A stretch of 64,000 nt of DNA, taken from NCBI RefSeq assembly GCF_006345805.1, contig NC_043001.1, positions 37,138,001 to 37,202,000 of the forward strand, in the 5' to 3' direction. Numbering within the stretch: position 1 is the first letter of the stretch; every line of letters begins with the position of its first letter. Of the stretch, positions 24,773-38,649 are shown one piece after another. The DNA comes from Octopus sinensis (Eukaryota). The notes beneath the pieces were generated by a model. The model had not been told where the DNA came from, searched no databases, and saw only the letters and a program-made list of their open reading frames with translations. The translations under genes were made by a program, and so were the position numbers.

Positions 24773-25166
24773 CGAAAAGAATATGGACAGGAAATTAAAG
24801 TTTATACAATCATAAAGTTTATATTGACTGTATAGTTTGCTCTCTGTCAATGTCTCTGTCCGTCTGTGTGCCTGTCTATTTCTCTCTCTGCCTCCTGCCT
24901 CCCTGCCTCCCCTCTCTCCCCCTCTCTCTCTCTCTGCATTTTAATGCTGTTCGCATGCTTTCTAAAGCATCTGCATCAGCGGTTTCGAGTCTTAGCCTCA
25001 AAATCACCGGCAGTCCCAGCGTTTTTTTAAAGTTCCTCTCACTAATTTTTCCTTCTGTTCTTTACGACATTCTTATCCCGAATGTGTCTCTTTGTGACCT
25101 CTAGTGGTAAAGATTCGTCGCTATATTTTCCTCTCAGCCATTCGAATGTGTGCCGAGATTGGTTTT

Positions 25167-25573
25167 GGATCTTTTCGGTTTGAACGGCAGTTTTTTCTAG
25201 CGGTGTCATATGATATTGTCACCCATAATTGTGACCCTAGTATCGATCTATTGCATTTCAATCTGTTTTAGGGTTAGGGGGAAAGGTATCTTTTTTTCTT
25301 CACAAATGTAAATAAACCCAATCTGTTTCTTAAACGAGGGACATATTCATACGGCACAGAATGTTTTTTTACCTCAATAGACGTCATTGATTGGTTGAAA
25401 TTACAGAAATTGAAGAAAAAATACAACAAATATCTTACAAACTATAGAATTTTCTCAATAAAGCCAAGAGAAAAATATGTTTTATAAACACATTCAACCA
25501 GTATACGAAGTTTAAAAGTGTTTAGTTATGTGTAACTTATTTTTAAAAACTGCCGTTCAAACCGAAAAAATCC
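25167..25573 (+). mobile_element. GGATC-terminal MITE, 8-bp TSD, with internal TTAGGG
   Basis: TIR GGATCTTTTCGGTTTGAACGGCAGTTTTT; TSD ttggtttt at 25159-25166 and 25574-25581. Confidence 0.88.
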
Positions 25574-26586
25574 TTGGTTTTTCCAAACTTTCGTGTATGA
25601 AAACAGATTATAAAATCGGTTTGAAATTGATCTATAACACTGGTTGTATAAATATTAAGAAACCAACTCTAGTGACAAACATAGTAGTGTCTGCTTTTTT
25701 TTTTCTCTCACTCGTATCGTATTAGACGACCTACATACATAAATATATATACTAGAGTCCAACCTAGTATACGACGTTTAATGTTGCGAATATGCTGTAG
25801 CCACAAAGGGTGATATCAAGTAATGCTACATTGGTACGCAAAGATATTCATAAGCACATCTTAATATGATTAGTTATCGAGATTTGACTGGTTGCCGAAA
25901 AACGGTCGGGAAATGCGTCAAATATTAGTCTAATTGTCATTCACAAAACGCGTGATATATTCACCAATTTACATTAGAGATATGGAAAGATTGCATTACA
26001 AAGGGATATGATATTTTCATATTTTCAATATTACATATGTGAAATAAGGGGGCGAGCTGGAAAAATCGTTTTGGCGCCGAGCAAAATGCTTAGCGGCATT
26101 TCGTCCGTCTTTACGTTCTGAGTTCAAATTCCACTGAGATTAATTTTGCCTTTCATCCTTTCGGGATCGATAAAATAAGTACCAGTTGAACACTGGGATC
26201 GATCTAAACGATTTAGCCCCTACCCCCGAAATTGCTGGCCTTGTGCCAAAATTTGAAACCAATATTATATCTATGAAACTCTCGAAAGCATGAAAATAGA
26301 AACTGTTAATGAACTTTTATTTAATTAATATTATATTATGAATTAATATTTATTTCCACTTAAATGTGGATGTTCTGTTAGAATAAACTGCGGAAGATAC
26401 CACAAGAGAAACTCTCATATAGGCACTTGGTGTCAAATGCACACTTGTATATATCAGTAGCGGCGAGATATCTCTCCGCCAACTCCGGCACCGAGAACAC
26501 CAGATCACGCGATTTTGATCTTACTTGGTCTCATCGGTGGTGGACGCTCAACTGCTAAAGATAGAGTTGGTGGGGAATTATCTCTC

Positions 26587-26653
26587 CGTCAGCGTTATAA
26601 ACACGTCAGCGATATAAACGACGTCAGCGATATAAACACGTCAGCGATATAAA
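26587..26653. repeat. 4 x ~17-bp tandem (acgtcagcgatataaac)
   Basis: Directly visible. Confidence 0.85.
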
Positions 26654-26789
26654 AGCGTATATGAAGTTTCTCTCGTGCCATCTACCGCAGTAAAATTTGT
26701 TCTAAGAGAACATCCACATCTAAATGGGAATAAATGCTATCTCTCGTTATTAATACTATCTCTGTTGTTTATATCTATATCCATTTTAT

Positions 26790-26972
26790 TCTTTCACTTG
26801 TTTCAGTCATTTGACTGCGGCCATGCTGGAGCACCGCCTTTGGTGACCCCCAGGACTTATTCTTTGTAAATCTAGTACTTATTCTATCGGTGTCTTTTGC
26901 CGAACCGCTAGGTAACGGGGACGTAAAGGCACCAACTTCGGTTGTCAAGTGATGTTGGGGGAACAAACACAG

Positions 26973-27025
<53 letters not shown>

Positions 27026-27179
27026 CAACAGGCTTCTTTCAGCTTCCGTCAACCAAACCACTCATTTGGTCGGCCCGAGGCTAATAGTAGAAGACGTTTG
27101 CCCAAGGTGTCACGCAGTAGGACTGAACCCGGAACCATGTGGTTGGTAAGCAAGCTACTTGCCACACAGACACTCTTGC

Positions 27180-27213
<34 letters not shown>

Positions 27214-27570
27214 TTTTACTTGTTTCAGTCATTATTACTGCGGCCATGTTGGAGCACCACCTTGAAGGGTTTTAGCCTAAGAAATCGATCCTAGGACTTA
27301 TTTCTTTGTAAGCCTAGTACTTATTCTATTGGTCTATTTTTTGCCGAACTGCTAAGTTACGCGGACGTAAACACACCAATATCGTGTGTTAAGCGATGGT
27401 GGAAGGGCAAACACAGACAAAGACACACACATGCGTGCGCACGCACAAACATGCACACACTCAAACACAAATATGCACACATACACACTCACTCACACAC
27501 ACACACATATATATATACGACGGGCTTCTTTCAGTTTCTGTCTACCGAATCCACTCACAAGGCTTTGACG
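26790..27570 (-). mobile_element. Two tandem family-H SINEs separated by (TA)n
   Basis: About 26790-27180 and 27212-27570 (second lacks its head). Confidence 0.8.
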
Positions 27571-29379
27571 ATTTTCCTTAATTTTTTTTGATAAAAATAG
27601 AACTCTTGAACGACTAAATAACCATTTCTTACATTGGTGCAAGGCTACAAATTTTAGGATCGATTTGGGCAACCATGTGCATGATCTGTATGGCATATTT
27701 TACAGACCCCCAAGATGGATAAAAGACCAAATCGATGCAGGTATAATCAAAACTCGGAACGGAAAATAACGTGTCTAAAGACCGCAAGGCATTTTGGCTG
27801 ACGTTCTTCTACCACCCACAGACTTGATTTCTTTCTAAAATAATACTCGCAAAACAGAAGGTAACTTCACTAGGCAATGGTTGCATTTTTAATTTACTAT
27901 TATGCGACCTATTTCATAATTTTTTTTTGAAAAGTAGAGAAATAACGTTGCATTTTGTTTATATAAATACCAAATAGATAAATACTTAAATAGAAAGAAA
28001 CTTCATATTTTGTTATCTTAAGCAAAGGAGAATTATGACGTTTAAAAATTTTATAATACACTTCCTGGAAATAAATAATATATAACACTTGCAATCTGTA
28101 ATCGGAACACGGTAGTGCACTTCATGTTAACGACGTTTATGAATTTGTAAGTATAACATTAGATAATTTTATCGACCCCCGAAAGCCTGAAAGGTGGAGT
28201 TGAGGACGGTGGGATTTGAACTTAGAGCGTAAAAGGCCATACAATAAAAACCATAAACTAGTGTCTCTACCAAGTGGTACTGTGGCTGACTGATATTTAT
28301 ATTTACGTATGTCACAAAATGAATTTTCTCATTCATCCCAAGTACCTTCGCCTAACGGCCACAGTCTCTCTCTGGCGCACTCACACACACACTGCATCAG
28401 CTTCGATAACCACTTTGGAGGACAAACACTGTTGTGCTGGCATACACACCAGCGACAAGCAATGAGGAAGCTTATTAGCCTGTTAAATGCGTCTACATTT
28501 AACAGGCTAATGAGCCAACAGTGCAACCAAAATCCATTTCAATTTTATCTAAAGGGAAACAACTTAGCATCAAACATCCGTTTGTTTTTCAAAACACCCG
28601 GAGTTGTTTCCCTTAGTTAAGAAAAATTCAAAATGGTTCGTCAAATTAAAAAAAAATCTTAGAACATTTTTTTAATGAAAAAATAGTAAGGAATACATTC
28701 ACAGATAAGAAAATAAAGCATAACAAAATTTCAAAAATAATCAAATCTACATGAAAATCGTCTTACAAATATTTTAAAAGTATGTAAGCATGGAAAAAAA
28801 CATGTCGACACATGGTTACAAACAGATTATGCCATTTTCCTCAAAAATAAAAGAAAAAATAAGTTGGTTTGGATTGTCGGTTGAAGAAATATTCCTAAGA
28901 AAATTATACAAATGCATTCCAAAATAGGTAAACCATTGACTTTAGATATCAAAACATCTGGTGTAAATGTATCTGATTGTCACTCAAGCTGAACGGAATC
29001 TGGAATTTTATCTGGAATTACATTTAAAAAATAAATACAAAATAAATAAAAGAAACGAAGTTTCGAATAATTGCAATACGGACTTTTGATATCTTAAAAT
29101 CTGGGAACTGCATTTAAAACTAATTCGGGCTCAAGCGTATCTCACAACTGGTTATACAGTTCTGTTCGAAAATGTGCCCGTAGAATGATTTCCAGTTGGG
29201 TCGTCAACAAATTGCAACATTGATCATAACCTACTAGTATTAGCATAAACGAAAAGTTAATTCAGTCTTTTAATTTCAAATTTAGAATCAATATCTGAGA
29301 TTTACCAGAAATACCCGATACATACATACATACATACATACATACATACATAGACGCCATACCATATTACACTATACAT

Positions 29380-29741
<362 letters not shown>

Positions 29742-29951
29742 GTTTTACTTGTTTCGGTCATTAGACTGCGAGCTTGAAGAATTTTTATACAATGAATCGA
29801 CCCCACTCCTTATTTCTTTAAAGCCGGTCATTTAGTCTATTGGTCTCTTATGCCCAACCGCTAGGTTATGGGGGCGTAAACACACCAACACCGGTCATCA
29901 AGCAGTGGTGGACAAACATAGACACAAAGACACACACACACACGTAATGTA

Positions 29952-30256
29952 GGTGGCTTATTAGCAATTAAAACCTAAAGGCAAATTTAACTAAGGTGAC
30001 AAGGGTACAAAGTGGTATTGGAATTGTTAGAAATAAGAGTCAAAACGAGTCATTAGCCACAAAAATTACTAACTTAATAAGTTGACAAAGGAAACAGAGG
30101 TCCCAACTGTAATGAAGAAGCAGGGTTAAGCTCAACTCGCGTCGTCAATTTATAAGAAAAACCATTGAAAGCATGTGCTAATTCAAAACGGTACCCTTGT
30201 CGCTTTAGTGACGTTTATAAATTTGCCTTTAGTATTTTAATTGCTAATAAGCCACC
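29952..30256. mobile_element. TA-flanked MITE, about 60-bp TIRs
   Basis: ggtggcttattagcaattaaaacctaaaggcaaattta / taaatttgcctttagtattttaattgctaataagccacc; superfamily unresolved. Confidence 0.8.
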
Positions 30257-30504
30257 TATATTGCTTGTAGTATACACTTCTACCGTTTTGAAATAGCACA
30301 TGCTTCAACGGCTTTTCTTATAACTTGTTTATTATTAACAGCAAATTAATCCTCTTTAATTACAGCTGCTTCAATTAATACTCAGTAAATATTAAGTAAA
30401 TATTAAATTTATATTTGTATGACCTGAGCATAATATCTTCAGAGAGGAAAAAATATACCCTTGAATGTTTTATATGTGTTTATGGATGAATCCATAAACA
30501 CATG

Positions 30505-31790
30505 TTAGCCTTCCCTTTTCCCTTAAAATAAAAACAAACATCGGTAAGAGATTCCTTGCGCTCCTGGATAAGCACTTCCCGGAAGACCACAAATACAGGA
30601 AATTGTTTAACAGGAGTTCAGAGAAACTATCATATAGCTGCTGTCCGAATATGAAAAGTATCATCGCACGCACCCAACGACAGAAGAGTGGATCCTGATG
30701 TAACTGTCGCGACCCGGAAACCTGCTCGCTAGACAACGATGCATGACTGAAGCTATTGTATACGGGGCCGAAGATATTACAACTCCTAACGACAATAATC
30801 TAACCGATGAGAAGACTTACATCGGGTTATGTGAGGGGGTTTTCAGAAAGCGCTATGCAAACCATTTATCAACCTTCCGTCATAGTGAGAAAAGTAAAGC
30901 CTCGAAGTTGGCTAGCTACGTTTGGGACCTGAAGGAGAAAAATACCAAACGTATTTTAATGGAAGGTGACTGAAAAGTCTACAGGTAGGTAAACGGTTCA
31001 AATATATGTAAGCTTCGTTTGGCCGAAATGACACACATTTTGTGTAGATCTAAGATCCCCAGAGTGATATTGAACTCAAGATCAGAAATTTTCAGTGGAT
31101 GTAAGCATATGTATAAATGTCTCTTTAAAAAATTGAAGATTCTACCCATTCCTGATTGACTGAACATCAGTTTATCTTATCTTTTGTCGTTTAAATTTTT
31201 TTCTCCCTTTATCGTATCACTTTATATCTATTTTTATTTTCAGGTTTATTATTTATTCATATTTCATATTCATACGTTTTTATATTTTTTATATTCATTT
31301 ATCTACCATATTTTTCACATATTTTTTCCATATTTTTTGTATATATTCTTTCTCATATTTTTCTATATATTTTATATCTTTTTGCATATTTCATATTTGT
31401 ACATACCCCTTTAAAATTTTTCCTATCATTTCTTATATTATATTTCTAAATTTATTTTTATTATTTTTCATTATAATTTATATTATATTGCACGACTATA
31501 TTCTTATATAACATCCATCCACATTACTTATATCATTCACTTGGTTCTACTTTTAAGGTTTCCGCTTTTTATTTACCGTAACTTTATTTTCATAGTTCGC
31601 TTCAGTGGTATCTTCCACACGATCCGTTTGGTTGTTCGGGTTTTTCGCGCCGTTTTATATTCAGTCCATTACATTATTTAAGCTGGCTAGTTCGGTACAA
31701 TAGTCCACGACTGAAGAACGTACTTGGGTTTCCATGTATGTGAAACTACTAGTAGCGTGGTTTATGCATGTGAGGTGATTGTATAAAACA
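30505..31790 (+). mobile_element. Decayed Penelope-like element, Naiad-type GIY-YIG C-terminus plus pLTR
   Basis: KTNIGKRFLALLDKHFP..LFNR..SYSCCPNM, CNCRDPETC, YIGLCEGVFRKRYANH and LNSRSEIFSGCKH across frameshifts. Confidence 0.8.
31705..31760 (+). ncRNA. Hammerhead ribozyme motif in the Naiad pLTR
   Basis: CCACG(A)-CTGAAGA-ACGTAC..GTATGT-GAAA-CTACTAG-TA-(G)CGTGG; one A/G mismatch at the base of stem I. Confidence 0.6.
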
Positions 31791-31825
31791 ATACACACAC
31801 AGATACACACACACACACACATACA

Positions 31826-31868
<43 letters not shown>

Positions 31869-31879
31869 TTATATATATA

Positions 31880-32155
31880 TATATGGAAAAAAGTCAAAGT
31901 AGAAAATGCTAAAATAATTTTATAAATAACATTTTAGTACCGGCTTCGGTCATTCAGACTTTTTCAACTCTGAGTATGGAAAACAATTAAATTTTGGAAA
32001 AATTAAATGAGAAGTTTTTTAAAAGAATATTTGCATAGTATTCAAATATAAGGGGCATTTTCCTTGTTTCTGCCTGTCTCTGTCTCTCTTGTTTACTCAT
32101 GTGGGTTCGAGGTCGTCGTGAATTCTTGGCAGGGAAGAAGAAGAAGAAGAAGAAG

Positions 32156-32188
<33 letters not shown>

Positions 32189-32420
32189 AGAATGCGGGAG
32201 TGGTATGATAGTAGGATGTTAAATGGGATGGTAATAGTGATTGAATTGTTCAGGATGGTAGTAGTGATTGAATTCTTGAGATATCTCTTTTGAATGCATC
32301 GTTTATAATATTTGCGTAGGCGTTATTCTAAACAGCAGTAGTAGTAAAGTAAGGAAGGAGGTGGCGGAGAGGAAGAAGGCAAAGAAGAAGAAGGAGAAGA
32401 AGAGAAAGAATAATAAAAGA
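31880..32420 (-). mobile_element. Probable second PLE 3' end with (GAA)n tract
   Basis: Minus NAYANIINDAFKRDIS followed by an AT-rich UTR with a hammerhead-like motif at 31933-31975; weak. Confidence 0.4.
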
Positions 32421-32478
32421 ATGCTGGGTGGTATGATAGTAATAGGATGTTAAATGGTCAAGTGACCTAAAAGTGAAT

Positions 32479-32509
<31 letters not shown>

Positions 32510-32517
32510 CAGATATA

Positions 32518-32996
<479 letters not shown>

Positions 32997-33020
32997 AATA
33001 TATTATATAATATAATATAT

Positions 33021-33613
<593 letters not shown>

Positions 33614-33635
33614 TATATATATATATATATATATA

Positions 33636-33682
<47 letters not shown>

Positions 33683-33736
33683 TATATATATACACACATA
33701 TATATGCGTATATATATACATGCGTATATATATGCG

Positions 33737-33795
<59 letters not shown>

Positions 33796-33815
33796 CTGTG
33801 TGCGTGGTGTGTATT

Positions 33816-34107
33816 GTGGAAGCGCAATGGCTTTGTGGTTAGGGCAGCGTCAATTCCCAGACCGGGTGTTGTGACTGTTTTTTGAGCGAAAACACCTAAA
33901 AGCTCCACGAGGCTCCGGCAGGGTGTGGTGGCAACCCCTGTTCTACTCTTTCGCCACAACTTTCTTTCACTCTCTCTTCCTGTTTCTTGAGTAACGCTGC
34001 GATGGACTGGCGTCCCGTCCAGCTGGTGGGAACACATACGCCACAGAAACCGGGAAACCGGGCCCATGAGCCTGGCTAGGCTTGAAAAAGGCGACGTTTA
34101 TCGTTTA
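33816..34107 (+). mobile_element. tRNA-derived SINE, body beta + tail Y
   Basis: Homologous to the minus copy at 41746-42051. Confidence 0.85.
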
Positions 34108-34115
34108 TATATATA

Positions 34116-34516
34116 CTCTTTTTTCTTGTTTCAGTCATTTGACTGCGGCCATGCTGGAGCACCGCCTTTAATCGAGCAACTCGACCCCGGGACTTATTCT
34201 TTTGTAAGCCCAGTACTTATTCTATCGGTCTCTTTTGCCGAACCGCTAAGTGACGGGGACGTAAACACACCAGCATCGGTTGTCAAGCAATGCTAGGGGG
34301 ACGAACACAGACACACAAACAAACACGCACACACACATATATATACATATATACGACGGGCTTCTTTCAGTTTCCGTCTACCAAATCCACTCACAAGGTA
34401 TTGGTCGGCCCGGGGCTATAGCAGAAGACACTTGCCCAAGGTGCCACGCAGTGGGACTGAACCCGGAACCATGTGGTTGGTAAGCAAGCTACTTACCACA
34501 CAGCCACTCCTGCGCC
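34116..34516 (-). mobile_element. Family-H SINE
   Basis: Full-length copy. Confidence 0.85.
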
Positions 34517-34519
34517 TTT

Positions 34520-34970
34520 ATCTTTTATTAGTTTCAACCCAGGGCTGAGGTCATACTGGTGTTGTTTCCGATATTGTTTTCGGTGAAGTAGCAAGTTGGA
34601 CGGACCTGCTCTTCCTTGCATCTCCTGCCACGATGTGGATTCATCTGGTATCTCAGACGTTCCTTGAAAACTTTCACATCAACACCATGTAGACCTCTAA
34701 GGTTGCCTGGCAGGATGTTGAACAATTGCGGGCCCTTGAAACCAAGATTATAGCAGTACTGTGTCCTTATTTTAGGTGGGGAAGACGGGGTCTTTGGTAT
34801 GATGCAGTGCCGTCCAGTACGAGGATTGGTATAGCTGTCAATTCCAAAGTTTGGAGCTAAACCCTCCAAAATCTTCCAAATATATATCACTGCATATCTC
34901 TCTCATCTTCTCTCCAAGGAATAGAGACTCAGCTCCTTTAGTCTCTCCTAGTAGCCCATCTTTTGCATCA
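34520..34970 (-). mobile_element. CR1-like LINE 3' end
   Basis: ERLKELSLYSLERR..YIWKILEG..GFKGPQLFNILP resembles CR1 ORF2 C-termini; a second copy is at about 63140-63400. Confidence 0.75.
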
Positions 34971-35117
34971 AGTCAATTGATATTTGAACTCAGAACAAGA
35001 AATCAGATGAAATGCTGTAAAGCATTTTTTCAAGTGCAGTAATAATTCCGCCAGCTCGCCACCTTGGACGAAAAGTAGACATTACAGGAAGTGTGTAGTC
35101 AACATATATATGTTCAT

Positions 35118-35539
35118 AAGGCGGCGAGCTGGCAGAAACGTTAGCACGCCGGGCGACCTGCGTAGCCGTATTTCGTCTGTCGTTACGTTCCGAGTTCAAA
35201 TTCCGCCGAGGTCGAAATTGCCTTTCATCCTTTCGGGGTCGATAAATTAAGTACCAGTTACGCACTGGGGTCGATGTAATCGACTTAATCCCTTTGTCTG
35301 TCCTTGTTTGTCCCCTCTGTGTTTAGCCCCTTGTGGGTAGTAAAGAAATAGAAATAGGTATTTCGTCTGTCTTTATGCTTTGAGTTCAAATTCCGCCGAG
35401 GTCGACTTTGCCTTTCATCCTTTCGGGGTCGATAAATTAAGTACTAGTTACGCACTGGGGTCGATGTAATCGACTTAATCCCTTTGTCTGTCCTTGTTTG
35501 TCCCCTCTGTGTTTAGCCCCTTGTGGGTAGTAAAGAAAT
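35118..35539 (+). mobile_element. Family-G SINE head-to-tail dimer
   Basis: Full unit plus a headless unit inside one TSD atatatatgttcat (35104-35117 and 35540-35553). Confidence 0.88.
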
Positions 35540-35979
35540 ATATATATGTTCATGAAACAATGTTATCTTATTGTTACTAAATAAAAGTCTATTTTTATTC
35601 GTATTAATAAACTATACTCAATTTTGCTGGGATTTTTATTTGGTGTGCCGCAAAATAAAGTCTCCCCGTCCAGTGTGTCGTAAGGTAAAAAAAAGTTTGG
35701 TAGATACTGCTCTAGAGTATTAGAGCAGTAATATAATTTTTAGGAAGTTAAAAGTTATGGCTGGCCATAACTTTTAACTTTCTAATGTAGATATAAATAC
35801 AAATACTCACACACATACATACACACATAAATTCCAATATATGCATTAAGTACATGTATGTGAGTGTATGTATGTGTATGTATGTATGTATGTATGTATG
35901 TATGTATGTATGTATGTATGTATGTATGTATGTATGTGAGTGTTTGTATGTGTGTATGCATACACATACTATCCACACA

Positions 35980-36013
<34 letters not shown>

Positions 36014-36169
36014 CAAGTTGTAATATGTACCGAGTAATAACATAAAGAAATATGTTCAACTGAAACAATTCATGATGTATGAGAGAGAGAAAGAAAAAGA
36101 AGAGGAAAGAAAGAGAGACACACAGTGTGTGTGTATATGTGTGTATGTGTGTGCGTGTGTGAAGTGTCA

Positions 36170-36684
36170 TCTACATACATGCATACACACATACATACAA
36201 CATACATACATACATACATCATACATACATACATACATACATACATGCATACATACATACATACATGCATACATGCACACATACATACATACATACATAC
36301 ATACATACATACATGCACACATACATACATACATACATACATGCATACATACATACATACATACATACATGCACACATACATACATACATACATACATGC
36401 ACACATACATACATACATACAAACATGCATACATACATACATACATACACATACATGCACACATACATACACACACATACATACATACACACATACATAC
36501 ATACATACATACATACATACATACATACACACATACACATACATACATACATACATACATACATACATACATACATACACACACACATACAAACATACAT
36601 GCATACATACATACATACATACATGCATACATGCACACATACACACATACATACATGCACACATACATACATACATGCACACAT

Positions 36685-36718
<34 letters not shown>

Positions 36719-36735
36719 GCACGTACGTACACACA
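36170..36735. repeat. Degenerate (TACA)n/(CA)n array
   Basis: Source of the HTYI/MYVC ORFs. Confidence 0.95.
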
Positions 36736-37965
36736 CATGCTTATATAGGGTGCAATTACCGAATCGATAGGAGAACAGGAAAACAAACAGGGAGATGGGT
36801 GGTTCTTATCCTGTCACATTCCCCTTATCGCCATTTCCACCACGTCGTGTTTGTGAATAAGATCCTTAACTCTGAAATAGCCCACTCCAATTAACTGTAA
36901 AAATGTTTCTGAAGAGCAGGCAATCTACCGCTGTAATCAGTGACAGCTCTAAGGTAACTATGTTTATGACATTAAGTGTGTTAACATTCACTTAATTTGT
37001 TTTTCACGTAGACGGCGTCTCTAAATAATCTATTTATTCTCAAAACAATTCTATTTTTCAACGCCAATTAATGTACAGTTTTTGCACATTCACTTTGTGA
37101 TATTGCCATCATTACTTCAGAAAAAAAGTTTAGTCTTCGCTGGTGAGGTCATAATAATATCGAAACATATCGGAAGTTCTTTCCGGAACTTGCAGAAGTA
37201 ATGGTTTCCGGTTTAGACACAAAAACAGTAATTTTATGTAGAGAATGAATATTCGAGACCATTGGCAACAGTATTTAATTAGTATATTATTTTATCGACC
37301 CCCAAAAGGATAAAAGGTAAAGTTAACCTCAAATTCCACCGAATTGCCTTTCATATTACTATGGTCGATAAATTAAAATACCGATAAATTTCTGATGTCG
37401 ATGGTATCGACAACCCTTTCTCTCAAAATTTCTAGTCTTGTGCCTAAATTAGAAACTTGGTGAAATAATGATTTCAAATTTTGGAACACGGCCAGTAGTT
37501 TCGGGGGAGGTGATAAGTTGATTACATCGACCCCAGTGCTCCACTGGTACTTATTTTATCGACCCTGAAAGGATGAAAGGTAAAGTCGATCTCGGCGGAA
37601 TTTGAACTCAGAAAGTAAAGACAGACGAAATGCCGCTAAGCATTTTCCCCGACGTCTTAACGTTTCTGCCAGCTCGCCGCCTTTTGGATGTGCTAATATT
37701 AATATGTGATTGCTGTAGGAAAACGCAAGATGGGAGAGAACGGATTTGGTAGCTGCTACTTTAAGCTTGCTGTTTTGAAGCCTGATTTCTAAGTGATTGA
37801 CGCATGGTTGGAGTAGTTGTGAAACTGCTCCTAAAGAATTGTCGGTGGTGTCTGCCTATATAGCCGTTGTATGTATTGACTATGTCTGAGAAGACCATGT
37901 AGTACTGGGTCACTTAAATCTATAACATCCTTTTCCATAACATTAAATCCTGTGCTCTTTTAGAA

Positions 37966-38649
37966 GAATCTTTACCTTTTGACCTACAGATTGAAAAAAT
38001 AATTTTGTGTAACTAAACACTTTCAAATTTCGGACACTGGTAAAATGTGTCATATAAAACATCTCTTAGCATTTTTGAGAAAAACTTATATTTACGAAGT
38101 AATTTCACGTCAAAGTAGTCCTATTTCGGTAATTTCAACCAATCAATGACGTGTATTCAGCTGAATAAAATTACTGCCGTTGTTTGTCTACAACAACTAT
38201 CGGCGGTGCATATTTCGTTTGTCACTGTTGTTTATGACATCGTTCGTGCGTTTGTACTGGTTTTAGCTTTAAGGTTTTAGGGTTAGGGTCAGGGTTTTAG
38301 GGTTAGGGTTAGGGTTTTAGGGTTAGGGTTAGGGTTTTAGGGTTAGGGTTAGGGTTTTATGGTTAGGGTTGTCATAAATAACAGTGACAAACGAAAAATA
38401 CACCGCCGGAAGTTCTTGTTGACAAACAACGACAGTAATTTTATTCAGTTGAATACACGTCATTGATTGGTTGAAATTACCGAAATAGGACTACTTTGGC
38501 GTGAAATTACTTCGTAAATATAAGTCTTTCTCAAAAATGCTAAGAGTAAAAGATGTTTTATATGACACATTCTACCAGTGTCTGAAGTTTGAAAGTGTTT
38601 AGTTACAAAAAATTATTTTTTAAATCTCTAGGTCAAAAGGTAAAGATCC
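37966..38649. mobile_element. Foldback DNA element, about 275-bp arms around a telomeric-type array, 8-bp TSD
   Basis: Ends G(A)ATCTTTACC / GGTAAAGATCC; TSD ttttagaa at 37958-37965 and 38650-38657; (TTTTAGGG TTAGGG TTAGGG)n at about 38273-38370. Confidence 0.9.

Noticed and set aside
30696-30698. Selenocysteine UGA in the Naiad PLE
   Set aside because: The TGA precedes an intact C-N-C rather than replacing a Cys, the copy is frameshifted, and I could not identify a SECIS.
36070-36894. 200+ aa HTYI/MYVC ORFs and a possible minus exon at 36814-36894
   Set aside because: Microsatellite translation; the adjacent candidate ends in a stop with no recognisable homology.
38273-38370. Chromosome end or fusion scar
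   Set aside because: The array is single-orientation and enclosed by inverted arms and an 8-bp TSD, so it is part of a mobile element.
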